The notes under the pieces are model-generated. The model saw only the letters and a program-made list of their open reading frames with translations. It did not search any database and was not told the DNA's origin. This document shows positions 9,719-19,076 of a stretch of DNA of 64,000 nt, in pieces. The stretch comes from a bacterium (GTDB lineage: Bacteria; Patescibacteriota; Gracilibacteria; Peribacterales; Peribacteraceae): contig JAQCIJ010000001.1 of NCBI GenBank assembly GCA_027592135.1, positions 34,156-98,155 on the forward strand, read 5' to 3'. A program made the position numbers and the translations under genes. Positions within the stretch are counted from its first letter, which is position 1; each line of letters starts with the position of its first letter.

Positions 9719-10738
9719 ATGGATAAGCCAAATTATGGATTCACCGGTTTTCTGGATTGCTCGGATGATCCGGAGCTATTTCGTACAATGGAGAACAGTG
9801 AGCTCCCAATACCTTTTGCGCTTATCCAAGAGCGAACCCAAATAGAGAGACGCCAGATTGTAAGGCCTGGAGTAAATATTACAGCACTTGCTCGCAGCGC
9901 AATGCGACAGATCTTTGAAAAGCTAAACATTACAGGAAGAGATTGCGCAGGAGTGGTGCTCTCGAGCTGTAGCGCAGGCAATGAATCAGATTCACTCAGT
10001 AAACTTGCTGCTCGAACTGGGGCTACACATGGTATTCCATTTTCACGAAGCTTGAACTACGCCTGTAGTGGATTCCCTGCAGCTGTACAGACTGCACAAG
10101 AAATGGATAACCCATTGGGGCGTCATATTATCATTATCACTGCAGAAACTATGAGTAGGATTGTCGACTGGAGTGAAGAAAATACAGCAGTCGTCTTTGG
10201 TGATGGCGTTGCGGTTACGAGTATCATCCCAGGTGGAAAACATGAGATCTACGAAGCCTCGGCAAAAGGAAACATCGATGATCCAAATAATTGCTTACAG
10301 TTTGGACTAAAAGAAGGCACGCTCACGGTTGATGGTGACAGTGATCCATCGGCAAGATTGACAATAAGTATGAGCATGCGTGGTGGAAGGTATCTCTATA
10401 AAAAAGTTCCTACAGCACTTGTCGATATCGTTGATGACTATGCCAATGGCCTCGAGGCGTTTGCGCATATTGTTCCCCATCAAGCAAATGGAAAGTTTAT
10501 TGAGAAGATGCGAGAAATTATTGCAGAAAGACAACCAAGCTCTGTACCTCATCTTGTTGGGACTATCCAGACTCACGCAAATACCGCATCAGCATCGATT
10601 CCAAAAGCTCTCGCAGCTTCTATAGATTCATTTTCTCCAGGAGATCTTATTGGTTGCCCTGCTAAAGGTGCAGGCATCAACTTTGAGGAGGGGACATTAA
10701 CAGAAGGATTAGTGGTGTTTAGAGTAGGGGCTAATTAG
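9719..10738 (+). CDS. 3-oxoacyl-ACP synthase III (FabH/KAS III)-like thiolase-fold enzyme
   Basis: The Cys-His-Asn triad contexts NYACSGF, VPHQANGKF and HANTASASIP are present; 339 aa. Confidence 0.75.
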   Translation: MDKPNYGFTGFLDCSDDPELFRTMENSELPIPFALIQERTQIERRQIVRPGVNITALARSAMRQIFEKLNITGRDCAGVVLSSCSAGNESDSLSKLAARTGATHGIPFSRSLNYACSGFPAAVQTAQEMDNPLGRHIIIITAETMSRIVDWSEENTAVVFGDGVAVTSIIPGGKHEIYEASAKGNIDDPNNCLQFGLKEGTLTVDGDSDPSARLTISMSMRGGRYLYKKVPTALVDIVDDYANGLEAFAHIVPHQANGKFIEKMREIIAERQPSSVPHLVGTIQTHANTASASIPKALAASIDSFSPGDLIGCPAKGAGINFEEGTLTEGLVVFRVGAN

Positions 10739-10755
10739 TGAATACATGAAAGCTC

Positions 10756-10783
10756 TTTATCCTCTATCCTTTATCCTCTATCC
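10756..10783 (+). repeat. Four tandem CTATCC-family heptamers (TTTATCC TCTATCC TTTATCC TCTATCC)
   Basis: Ends 9 nt upstream of the dnaG ATG (10793). Confidence 0.9.
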
Positions 10784-10792
10784 TCTTTTTCT

Positions 10793-12547
10793 ATGGATCC
10801 GACCCTAGAAATTAAATCCCGGCTACCGATAGAGGAACTGGTTGGCCAGTACTGTCAGCTAAAAAAGAAGGGAAGTGGCTTTGTGTGCGTATGCCCTTTT
10901 CATCAAGATACACACCCCAGTATGCAGATCAGCCCCGATAAGGGAATCGCGTACTGTTTTGCATGCAGCAGTGGTGGAGACATTTTTAGTTTCTACGAAA
11001 AAATAGAAGGAGTAGATTTTCGCCAAGCTCTTAAAGACCTTGGAGAAAAAACAGGTGTAAAAGTAGAGGGGCTAAAGATGGAGGCTCCTGTGCAAAAAGA
11101 TCACAAGCAACGTATTCGCGAATGCCTAGAAGCTGCTCAGAAGTTTTATGCAAGTAATCTCACTACACACGAAAAAGCAAAGCTTTACTTGGAAAACCGC
11201 AAAGTACCCAAAGAGCAGATCGAAGAGTTTGGTCTCGGTGTCGCTCCAGATTCATTCAGCGACACGTACGAGCACTTACTTAAAACAGGTTTCAGTAGAA
11301 AAGAAATTGTCGATGCAAGTTTGGGGATCCAAAAAGAATTACAGCAAGAAAAGATCTACGATCGCTTTCGTAACCGTTTGATGTTTCCGATCTTCGATGC
11401 CAACGGACTCATCGTTGGTTTCGGAGGACGTACACTTGGAGAAGATGATGCGAAGTATATTAATTCCGGAGATACACCACTCTATAACAAATCAGTAGTA
11501 CTGTATGGACTACATCTCGCAAGAGAAGAAATACGTGCAACCAAAAAAGTCATTCTCGTTGAGGGGTACTTCGATGTACTTGCCTGTCATCGTTTAGGTA
11601 TAACAAATACGATTGCCGTAAGTGGAACCGCTCTTACAGAGCAACATGTAAAAACTCTTAAGCGATACGCAGAAACAGTTGTTTTGTGTTTAGACCAAGA
11701 CCGCGCAGGGCAGCAAGCTGCAGAGAGGTCGTATTTACTGTGTAGTGAAGTAGATCTTCCGGTGCATGCAATAACACTAGAGCAAAAAGATCCTGATGAA
11801 GCAGCAGTTGCAGACCCCGAAGGATTCAAGGTTCTTATGAAAGAGGGGAGTCGACCATATCTCGATATGATTATCGATCAAATGCGAGAAGGGGATGTAA
11901 GTTCATCAGAAGGAAAGCATGAAGCACTCAAAATACTACTACCATTGATACAGGCAATTTCATCATCTGTAGAACGAGGGCATTACATCGGCAAAGTTGC
12001 AGGACTTCTTTCGACGACCGAAACAGAGTTGAAACAAGATATCCAGCAATTCGAAAAATCAATTGTGCGCATTCCAATACCATCCAGAGAGACTGAAGTG
12101 ATTCAAGAGCATTCAGATGCATTCTCTAGTGCAGAGATAGCCCTAGGTATTATGATGATGTTTCCACTGCTAAAATCTCTGATTTCAGAACTTATTCAAC
12201 CAGAAGAGCCAGCAGCAGCTGCTCTCTATAGTGCTATCAAGGAATTACCAGATGTACAAAATATTCACATAGAGATGCTAAAACTTCCTGAGGAATACGT
12301 TGAACGGGTTTCTATTTTGATGCTTTTTTGTGAACATCTTGATTTTGGAAGTTGGAGCCAATCACTTGCAGAGCGTGAAATGCGCAAAAATTTCTCTACT
12401 GCCAATCGTGTTTTCTTACGAAAAAAGCAGGAGAATATCGCTACCAGACTGCAAAAAGCTCGCAAAGAGGGGAATGCTGCAGAAGAAGATAAGTTGTCCC
12501 TGCAATATACTCAGATACTCAAGCTGGCGAAAATGGCTTCAAAGTAG
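10793..12547 (+). CDS. dnaG: DNA primase DnaG
   Basis: CHC2 zinc finger ([12 protein letters not shown]...CFAC), a TOPRIM domain (ILVEGYFDV...DQDRAGQ), 584 aa, immediately upstream of rpoD. Confidence 0.93.
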   Translation: MDPTLEIKSRLPIEELVGQYCQLKKKGSGFVCVCPFHQDTHPSMQISPDKGIAYCFACSSGGDIFSFYEKIEGVDFRQALKDLGEKTGVKVEGLKMEAPVQKDHKQRIRECLEAAQKFYASNLTTHEKAKLYLENRKVPKEQIEEFGLGVAPDSFSDTYEHLLKTGFSRKEIVDASLGIQKELQQEKIYDRFRNRLMFPIFDANGLIVGFGGRTLGEDDAKYINSGDTPLYNKSVVLYGLHLAREEIRATKKVILVEGYFDVLACHRLGITNTIAVSGTALTEQHVKTLKRYAETVVLCLDQDRAGQQAAERSYLLCSEVDLPVHAITLEQKDPDEAAVADPEGFKVLMKEGSRPYLDMIIDQMREGDVSSSEGKHEALKILLPLIQAISSSVERGHYIGKVAGLLSTTETELKQDIQQFEKSIVRIPIPSRETEVIQEHSDAFSSAEIALGIMMMFPLLKSLISELIQPEEPAAAALYSAIKELPDVQNIHIEMLKLPEEYVERVSILMLFCEHLDFGSWSQSLAEREMRKNFSTANRVFLRKKQENIATRLQKARKEGNAAEEDKLSLQYTQILKLAKMASK

Positions 12548-12569
12548 TTGTTGTTGGCTACATTTTCCC

Positions 12570-12575
12570 TATACT
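12570..12575 (+). promoter_or_regulatory. -10-like TATACT box 7 nt upstream of the rpoD ATG
   Basis: The sequence is cccTATACTgcttgcaATG with no SD-like sequence. Confidence 0.35.
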
Positions 12576-12582
12576 GCTTGCA

Positions 12583-14148
12583 ATGGCTTCACATCCAAGA
12601 AAATTCATCGTACAACCAACAGACGACGACCTTAAAGAGTTGCCCGAACAGGTTAAGCATCTTATTAAGAAAGGACGTGAACAGCGTTATGTAACACATC
12701 AGGAGATTATGTCTGTTGTTCCAAATGCGGAAGAAGATGTAGATTTGCTTGATGATGTGTATTCATTACTCGTCAATCTTGGTATCCAGGTCATCGATGT
12801 GAAAGACGCACTTATCTGGGAGAAGAAGCATAAAGGAGGACTAACAATACCCGAGCCTACTGAAGATCTTTCTGATATCTCCTCTACGGATGACGATGAC
12901 GATGCAGATATAGATACAGATGGCGCGGATGAGGATGACGATGAGGAATCGTCAGTTGCTTCAATGGATAAGTCCGAAGAGATGCTTGAAGTAGTTGCTA
13001 CTGCAGGTATTGCTATCGATAAAGATCGCGAAGTATCCGAAGAAGAAAAAGGAAGAAGAAAAAGAGAGCGCGAAGTAGACCTTTTAGAAATTAGTAATGA
13101 CTCCGTTCGAATGTACTTATCAGAGATTGGGCGTGTTCCTCTTATTGACGGTAAGAAAGAAGTAGAATTGGCCAGGCGTATTCGCAAAGGAGATGCATCT
13201 GCAAAGCAACAACTCGCAGAAGCGAACCTCCGATTGGTAGTATCTATTGCTAAAAAATACATCGGACGAGGGCTTTCATTCTTGGATCTTATTCAAGAGG
13301 GAAACATCGGTCTTTTCCGTGCAGTAGAAAAGTTTGACCCAGAGCGTGGATTTAAGTTTTCCACATACGCTACATGGTGGATTCGCCAGGCGATTACTCG
13401 TGCTATTGCAGATCAGGCACGAACAATTCGTATTCCTGTGCACATGGTGGAAACCATCAATAAGCTGACACACACGCAGCGCAGACTTGTACAGGAACTA
13501 GGTCGAGAACCTACAGTAGAAGAGCTTTCTGTAGAAATGGAGATGGATATTAAAAAAGTACGACATATTCAAAAGATCAGCCAAGATATTATTTCTCTCG
13601 AATCCCCTGTTGGATCAGAAGAAGATAGTAAACTTGGTGACTTTATCGAGGACGAAGATGCAGTAAATCCGTTCGAGGCTACTAACCGTCAGCTTCGAAA
13701 AGAAAACGTACACTCAATGCTTGAATTCCTAACGCCACGTGAGCGCAAGATTATCGAAATGCGATTTGGTCTTAAAGATGGAATTGGCCACACACTCGAA
13801 GAAGTTGGTAAAGAGTTTGGTGTAACACGAGAACGTATCCGTCAGATTGAGGCTAAAGTACTACAAAAAATGAGAGATCACCCACGGTCTATGACGATCC
13901 GTGAACATGGAAGTAGTCCGAAGCGAGTTGGATTCTCCTCGTCTGCAAAGATGGGTAGCTCTGAGTCTGGCCAATCTGGAGCTTCGTATGTTGACTTCAT
14001 GCGAATGCTCGAAGAGGATATGAAGAGGCTTACAGAGAAATGTCCAAAGTGTAACAAAGGAGAACTCGTTCGCCTGACCAAAGAGGGCAAAAAAATCGAT
14101 AAGTGTGATAGTTGTGCACATGAGATCGATATACAATTAAAAAGCTAA
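12583..14148 (+). CDS. rpoD: Primary sigma-70 factor RpoD with an acidic N-terminal insert and a C-terminal Zn-ribbon extension
   Basis: Region 2 ([50 protein letters not shown]), region 3 and region 4.2 ([24 protein letters not shown]) are present. About 85 extra aa follow, including CPKCN...CDSCAH. Confidence 0.93.
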   Translation: MASHPRKFIVQPTDDDLKELPEQVKHLIKKGREQRYVTHQEIMSVVPNAEEDVDLLDDVYSLLVNLGIQVIDVKDALIWEKKHKGGLTIPEPTEDLSDISSTDDDDDADIDTDGADEDDDEESSVASMDKSEEMLEVVATAGIAIDKDREVSEEEKGRRKREREVDLLEISNDSVRMYLSEIGRVPLIDGKKEVELARRIRKGDASAKQQLAEANLRLVVSIAKKYIGRGLSFLDLIQEGNIGLFRAVEKFDPERGFKFSTYATWWIRQAITRAIADQARTIRIPVHMVETINKLTHTQRRLVQELGREPTVEELSVEMEMDIKKVRHIQKISQDIISLESPVGSEEDSKLGDFIEDEDAVNPFEATNRQLRKENVHSMLEFLTPRERKIIEMRFGLKDGIGHTLEEVGKEFGVTRERIRQIEAKVLQKMRDHPRSMTIREHGSSPKRVGFSSSAKMGSSESGQSGASYVDFMRMLEEDMKRLTEKCPKCNKGELVRLTKEGKKIDKCDSCAHEIDIQLKS

Positions 14149-14168
14149 GTATCAGTAGCCAATTATAT

Positions 14169-14199
14169 AAAGAGCCGAGGATATAAATCTCAGCTCTTT
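14169..14199. terminator. Hairpin AAAGAGCCGAG-n9-CTCAGCTCTTT between convergent rpoD and the DUF378 gene
   Basis: 11-bp stem with one mismatch, followed by a T-rich tract. Confidence 0.4.
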
Positions 14200-14219
14200 A
14201 CTTTTAGCTCTTTACTCTA

Positions 14220-14459
14220 TTAGGCAGAGCAGCTACCTCCTTTTACGAGCTTCTTTACCGCCGCAAGGCCGACGAGCACGTAAACAATCGATTCCACCTG
14301 TGGCCAGCTACCCAAAACGAGGTTAACCACGTTGAGGTTCTGTCCTACAAAGTCGCCAACACCTACAAGACCCCAGTTAAGGGCTCCAATAAGAATCAGC
14401 CAGTGACAAGCTTTACAAAAATTCATAAAATGGTGGGGAAGGGAGAAAAAAAATGCCAA
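14220..14459 (-). CDS. DUF378-family small membrane protein
   Basis: ILIGALNWGLVGV and VYVLVGLAAV are the characteristic DUF378 pattern. An alternative start is Met12 (nt 14426). Confidence 0.65.
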   Translation of the reverse strand: MAFFFSLPHHFMNFCKACHWLILIGALNWGLVGVGDFVGQNLNVVNLVLGSWPQVESIVYVLVGLAAVKKLVKGGSCSA

Positions 14460-14478
14460 TAGGCACGTTACATGCTAG

Positions 14479-14499
14479 TTTATCATCATCTATGATAAA
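14479..14499. promoter_or_regulatory. Palindrome TTTATCAT-n5-ATGATAAA in a divergent promoter region, a candidate operator
   Basis: 8-bp perfect inverted repeat between the DUF378 gene and the helicase-nuclease gene. Confidence 0.3.
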
Positions 14500-14579
14500 T
14501 GTAATCTTGCATACATCTGCTATTCATTGTCTGCTACGTACTTTGCAGATCTAAAGATGTGTTGTCTGGCTTCTTCTGG

Positions 14580-14585
14580 TAGCAT
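14580..14585 (+). promoter_or_regulatory. Extended -10-like TGgTAGCAT 6 nt upstream of the ATG at 14592
   Basis: The sequence is cTGgTAGCATgcatttATG. Confidence 0.3.
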
Positions 14586-14591
14586 GCATTT

Positions 14592-17585
14592 ATGATGACA
14601 GAAACTCAGGCAGCATCTGGCAAAGCTACAAAGAATGCAGTGCAAAAACTCGTAGGTAGAGGAGGAAAAACTTTTGAAGTTGAGTATGCAAAGTTAAACG
14701 AAGCACAGAAGCAAGCCGTCGATACTATCGATGGACCCGTTATGGTAGTCGCAGGACCAGGCACAGGTAAGACACAGGTATTAGCTCTGCGTACAGCCAA
14801 AATACTACAGTCTACGCAGATGAATCCATGGAACATTTTGTGTCTGACATTTAGTAAGAGCGGAGCAACTGCAATGCGCAATCGTCTTCGTGAAATTATT
14901 GGTAGTGATGCGTATGGTGTTACGGTAAATACTATTCATGGTTTTTGTAACGATATCATCACGGCACACCCTGCAGTATTCGAAGACTGGTCTTCGCTGG
15001 AACAGATAAGTGATGTGGAACGCTACCGATCATTGAACAAAATAATTGATCAACTTCTTCCCGCAATGGTTCTGGTGAACCCGAAATCACCCTATACACG
15101 ATCACGAGATATATTGGGTCGCATATCTCAGCTAAAACGAGAAGGGGTAACAGACAGAGAGCAGCTTCTGGCTATTGCAGACCAATATGATCAACAGATG
15201 CTATCAAAGAGTAAAGAAGGTACCAAGGTGCATGCACGTAATGTGCTTTCTGCGAAGAAATTCCGCGAATTTATCAATATCTTCGATCTCTATCAGCACA
15301 TGCTAAAAGATACCGGTCGCTACGATTACGAAGACATGATTCTTAATGTTACCGAGGCTCTGCGCCAAGAGGATTGGCTTCTTGCAAGCCTCCAAGAGCG
15401 GTATCAGTACGTACTTGTCGATGAGTTTCAGGATACCAATGGTTCTCAGTATGCATTTATCGATACGATCACTTCAGATCCTACTGCAGATGCATCCCCA
15501 AACTTTTTTGTTGTTGGAGATGATGACCAAGCTATTTATAGATTTCAAGGCGCAAACCTCACAAATATACTTTCATTTCGTGATAGATACCCGAGTGCGC
15601 CAGTTATTACACTAACGCAGAGCTATCGTTGTACACAGCCTATACTGGATGCAGCGGATTCACTCATCTCTCAAAACACCGAACGCCTTGTAGGAAAGAT
15701 TGAAAATCTCAATAAGCATCTTACGGCAGCTGCACAAGAAGGTGGGTTACCACCTCAGATGCACTTTGCACCTTCTGATATGGCAGAACCCTGGGTGATT
15801 GCCGATATGGTAGATGCAAGGCTCCGTGAAGGAATTGCACCCAATGATATAGCAATCATCGTACAGACCAATCGAGAATTACTCCCACTGTATGACGTGT
15901 TTAAAGCACGAGAAATTCCAGTCGTGCTTTCTGGGAAGTTAAACCTCCTAGAGCATCCTCTAGTAGAGCAAGCTCTTGCAATACTAAAAGCAGTACATAA
16001 CCTTCATGATGATCACCTCCTCTCCAGTGCTCTAGCATCAGCGTGTTTCGGCTGTCATCCAGCAGATCTCTCAGTACTCTATGCACTCAAGCGTGAAAAG
16101 AAATGTACCCTACTTGAGTGTGCTCTAAAAATAGAAGAGGAAGAGTTCAACTTGCGAGATCAAGACATTCTGATCACTGCTCGAGATAGTATTCTCGATC
16201 TTCATCATAAAAAAGATCAACGCACAGTCGTCGAAACTCTTGAGCATATTTATCGTGAAACTAACCTCTTAGGTTCTTTGAAAGAAGGAGAAATGGATAT
16301 CTTAGATTTTGCTGCAGGCCAAGAGTTCTTTGATCGTATAAAAGACAGAGCATACGAGCAGCCACACTTTACCTTCGAAGTATTTTTAGACGATCTCGAG
16401 TATTACCTCGATGCAAATTATAGTGACTTAAAACTTACGTACGATCTCCCGCATCTTACAGAGTCTGGTGTGCAGATGATGACAGCACATAAAAGTAAAG
16501 GACTAGAGTTTCATACGGTGATACTCTCAAACTTTAGAGAGGGGCATTGGGACAAGAGAAAAAATCCCACATCGCTTGCAATACCAGAAGACTTACTCTT
16601 TGGATGGGAGAAAGATCAGAAGTCGTATGAGAAGAATCAAGATGAACGAAGAGTAGCTTTTGTTGCTATGACTAGGGCTAAACGTGAATTGATATTTTTA
16701 TGCCCTTCACAACTTACAACAGGTGATAGCATGAAAGCAGTTTCTCCTTCGGGGTTCTTTGCAGAGGCTGGTGAACTTCCAGAAGTACATACAGAAGTCC
16801 TGCACCCAGACCAAATGTCGACACTAATTTCTGTTCCTCCAAGAGAATTCGATGCAGAGTTTGCAGCATTTTTACAAAAGCGCATCGAGAACTTTGCACT
16901 GTCTCCGACGGCATTGAATCATTTTATCGAAGATCCGTTACTTTTCCTAGAAGTAGATCTCTTGCAAAAGCCTCAAGCCAAAGAGCCGCACTTTGCTTAC
17001 GGAAATGCAGTGCACCACGTGCTTGCCAAGTGGGCAGACTCTATTGCGACGGGTGAGGTGCTTACGGAGCAACAAATACTTGATACGTTTGATGATCACC
17101 TTATCAAACGTGAGTTGCTTACCAAGAAAGAACTCGAGCGCCTGATGCACCTCGGTCACCAAACACTGACACGATACATGAGTTCCCATTTGCAGAGCCC
17201 GTATCCTATAGTATACAAAGTAGAATATCCGATAAATACGCACCTGGGTGATATTCCGATTAAAGGAAAACTTGACCGTATTGACTTAATGGAACCGAAT
17301 TCTTCCGCAGCTATTATTACCGACTTTAAAACAGGGAAGCCAAAGACTGAAAAGCAGATCGTAGATTTAGGATACCACCGCCAATTGGTCTTTTATGATC
17401 TCCTTATTCGCAATGGATATAGCATTCTGGATCCGAAGGAATTCAGATTAGAATTCGTTGGGGAAGGGGCAGATGATCCCATCATCAGATCCTTCACAAT
17501 CTCGGAAGAAGACCGTAAAGAGCTTACAGAGCTGATAAATACCGTCTGGCAGAAGATACTTGCATTAGACTTCACAGAGGTCTAA
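14592..17585 (+). CDS. UvrD/PcrA-type superfamily-1 helicase fused to a C-terminal PD-(D/E)XK (RecB/Cas4-like) nuclease domain
   Basis: GPGTGKT Walker A, VLVDEFQDTN, a QSYRC-like motif and VAFVAMTRAKREL. The C-terminus has GKLDRIDL...IITDFKTGKPK...YHRQLVFY nuclease motifs. 997 aa. Confidence 0.88.
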   Translation: MMTETQAASGKATKNAVQKLVGRGGKTFEVEYAKLNEAQKQAVDTIDGPVMVVAGPGTGKTQVLALRTAKILQSTQMNPWNILCLTFSKSGATAMRNRLREIIGSDAYGVTVNTIHGFCNDIITAHPAVFEDWSSLEQISDVERYRSLNKIIDQLLPAMVLVNPKSPYTRSRDILGRISQLKREGVTDREQLLAIADQYDQQMLSKSKEGTKVHARNVLSAKKFREFINIFDLYQHMLKDTGRYDYEDMILNVTEALRQEDWLLASLQERYQYVLVDEFQDTNGSQYAFIDTITSDPTADASPNFFVVGDDDQAIYRFQGANLTNILSFRDRYPSAPVITLTQSYRCTQPILDAADSLISQNTERLVGKIENLNKHLTAAAQEGGLPPQMHFAPSDMAEPWVIADMVDARLREGIAPNDIAIIVQTNRELLPLYDVFKAREIPVVLSGKLNLLEHPLVEQALAILKAVHNLHDDHLLSSALASACFGCHPADLSVLYALKREKKCTLLECALKIEEEEFNLRDQDILITARDSILDLHHKKDQRTVVETLEHIYRETNLLGSLKEGEMDILDFAAGQEFFDRIKDRAYEQPHFTFEVFLDDLEYYLDANYSDLKLTYDLPHLTESGVQMMTAHKSKGLEFHTVILSNFREGHWDKRKNPTSLAIPEDLLFGWEKDQKSYEKNQDERRVAFVAMTRAKRELIFLCPSQLTTGDSMKAVSPSGFFAEAGELPEVHTEVLHPDQMSTLISVPPREFDAEFAAFLQKRIENFALSPTALNHFIEDPLLFLEVDLLQKPQAKEPHFAYGNAVHHVLAKWADSIATGEVLTEQQILDTFDDHLIKRELLTKKELERLMHLGHQTLTRYMSSHLQSPYPIVYKVEYPINTHLGDIPIKGKLDRIDLMEPNSSAAIITDFKTGKPKTEKQIVDLGYHRQLVFYDLLIRNGYSILDPKEFRLEFVGEGADDPIIRSFTISEEDRKELTELINTVWQKILALDFTEV

Positions 17586-17602
17586 ATTGGCTCTAACAAG
17601 CC

Positions 17603-18448
17603 ATGGAACAAGTATCTACATCTGCTGGCACACCTCTAGATTCAAGGCAAATTGCTGTTAAAGATCTTTGTAATGACAATGCTTGCACTCTTGAAAATGT
17701 AGCGGAAATACGCTTTAGAGATTTCAGGAGTCTCCAGTGTCTCGTACCCGAAGCGCGTACAGATCTTGCTCATAGAGCTATGGATCAAGTTACTGACTTA
17801 CAAGCACAAGTTGCCCTTGTAGCTCGTAGCATTTCTCAGATATCTACTGCAGAAGGAACTGTAGATATTCAGGCAGGAGAAGAATATGTTGCGCAGGAAG
17901 TTTTACGAGAACTCTTTTTAGATGACACAGTGGGTTGGATGAAGAGGCACAGGCTACATCTTTCATCTGCAGAAGGTGCAGTAGGAAAAGTAAACATGCC
18001 AAAAGGAAATACGGAGCAAATAATTTGGGCGCAAACAAAGAATGTATTAGAAGGTAACTTAAGCAATTTATCAATAGAAGAAGAGATAATGCGATCAATC
18101 TCTATTCTTTTCGAAATTAGAATGCAAAGAGAACGCATGTGGTTAGCATTTTGTGCAGCTCCAATACATTCTATAAAAGCGGTTGCAACAACTGTTGCTT
18201 CCACTGTGGCCTTGCTTGGAATAGGCGCTGGTTTGAGTATAGGATTAGCTACTACTGGAGCACAATATGCACACAATGGTTACGGAAATATTCGTCAGAG
18301 ACGAAAGTTTTCTCGGCCAGAATGCAATGCGCAAAAGTTTCTTCGGACAAATAGCTATACACACCGATCGTACATTCTACATTGCATGGATAAGCTAAAA
18401 ATCTATGGAAACGTCGAAGAACTGATTGGGTACGGAGATGCCGCTTAA
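17603..18448 (+). CDS. Hypothetical protein with one hydrophobic Gly/Ala-rich segment
   Basis: 281-aa ORF filling the gap between annotated genes. No motif recognised; TM-like segment AVATTVASTVALLGIGAGLSIGLATTGA. Confidence 0.5.
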   Translation: MEQVSTSAGTPLDSRQIAVKDLCNDNACTLENVAEIRFRDFRSLQCLVPEARTDLAHRAMDQVTDLQAQVALVARSISQISTAEGTVDIQAGEEYVAQEVLRELFLDDTVGWMKRHRLHLSSAEGAVGKVNMPKGNTEQIIWAQTKNVLEGNLSNLSIEEEIMRSISILFEIRMQRERMWLAFCAAPIHSIKAVATTVASTVALLGIGAGLSIGLATTGAQYAHNGYGNIRQRRKFSRPECNAQKFLRTNSYTHRSYILHCMDKLKIYGNVEELIGYGDAA

Positions 18449-19032
18449 GCGAGGTGATCTCGCAGGGCATGCACTGCTCTGCCTCGGTGACTTATTGTAT
18501 TTTTCTGATCGATACTCATCGCACTGTACACCATATCAAAGCTTTCAGGTTTAAAGCACGCAGAGATGGGAAGTCCTGGTAAGTAATCTGCTTCGAGAGT
18601 TGGGGTAATAATCCCCTCGCAGATACCTTCAAATATATGCTCAGTATTGGATGCATCGATGTAGGCAATGTTCGAGACAAATCGAGCTTTACGATTACTT
18701 TCTGATTCCATTCTTTTTAAGAAGTACTCTATCCATTCCTCATCACTTGCATCCGCCCCTGCTCCCCAGCGCCTCGTATGGATGCCAAGTTCTCCTTGTA
18801 TTGCTTCGATAATTATTCCACTGTCATCAGCGATTGTTGGAATACATCCGCCGCGTTCGTAAAAGTGCCTGGCCTTGATTAGAGCATTCTCCGCATAGGA
18901 AGACCCTGTTTCTTCGGGGTCTATGGCAATTTGTAAATCAGCAGGGGTTAACAGCTCTAGATCAAGATTTCCGAGCACCTCAGAAATCTCTATAAATTTG
19001 CCAGTATTTCCTGTACCAATTAATAGCTTCAT
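18445..19032 (-). CDS. rdgB: Non-canonical purine NTP pyrophosphatase RdgB/HAM1
   Basis: MKLLIGTGNTGKFIEI at the N-terminus and an ISHRGRA motif near the C-terminus; 195 aa. Confidence 0.88.
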   Translation of the reverse strand: MKLLIGTGNTGKFIEISEVLGNLDLELLTPADLQIAIDPEETGSSYAENALIKARHFYERGGCIPTIADDSGIIIEAIQGELGIHTRRWGAGADASDEEWIEYFLKRMESESNRKARFVSNIAYIDASNTEHIFEGICEGIITPTLEADYLPGLPISACFKPESFDMVYSAMSIDQKNTISHRGRAVHALRDHLA

Positions 19033-19076
19033 ACACGTAACTCTAAACTGTGTGGGTAGGGATACCTGCGCTTCTT

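Noticed and set aside
12699-13262. 187-aa Ser-rich minus-strand ORF inside rpoD
   Set aside because: It is the antisense of the acidic Asp/Glu-rich insert of RpoD (GAx codons read as Ser-rich on the opposite strand), so it is an artefact.
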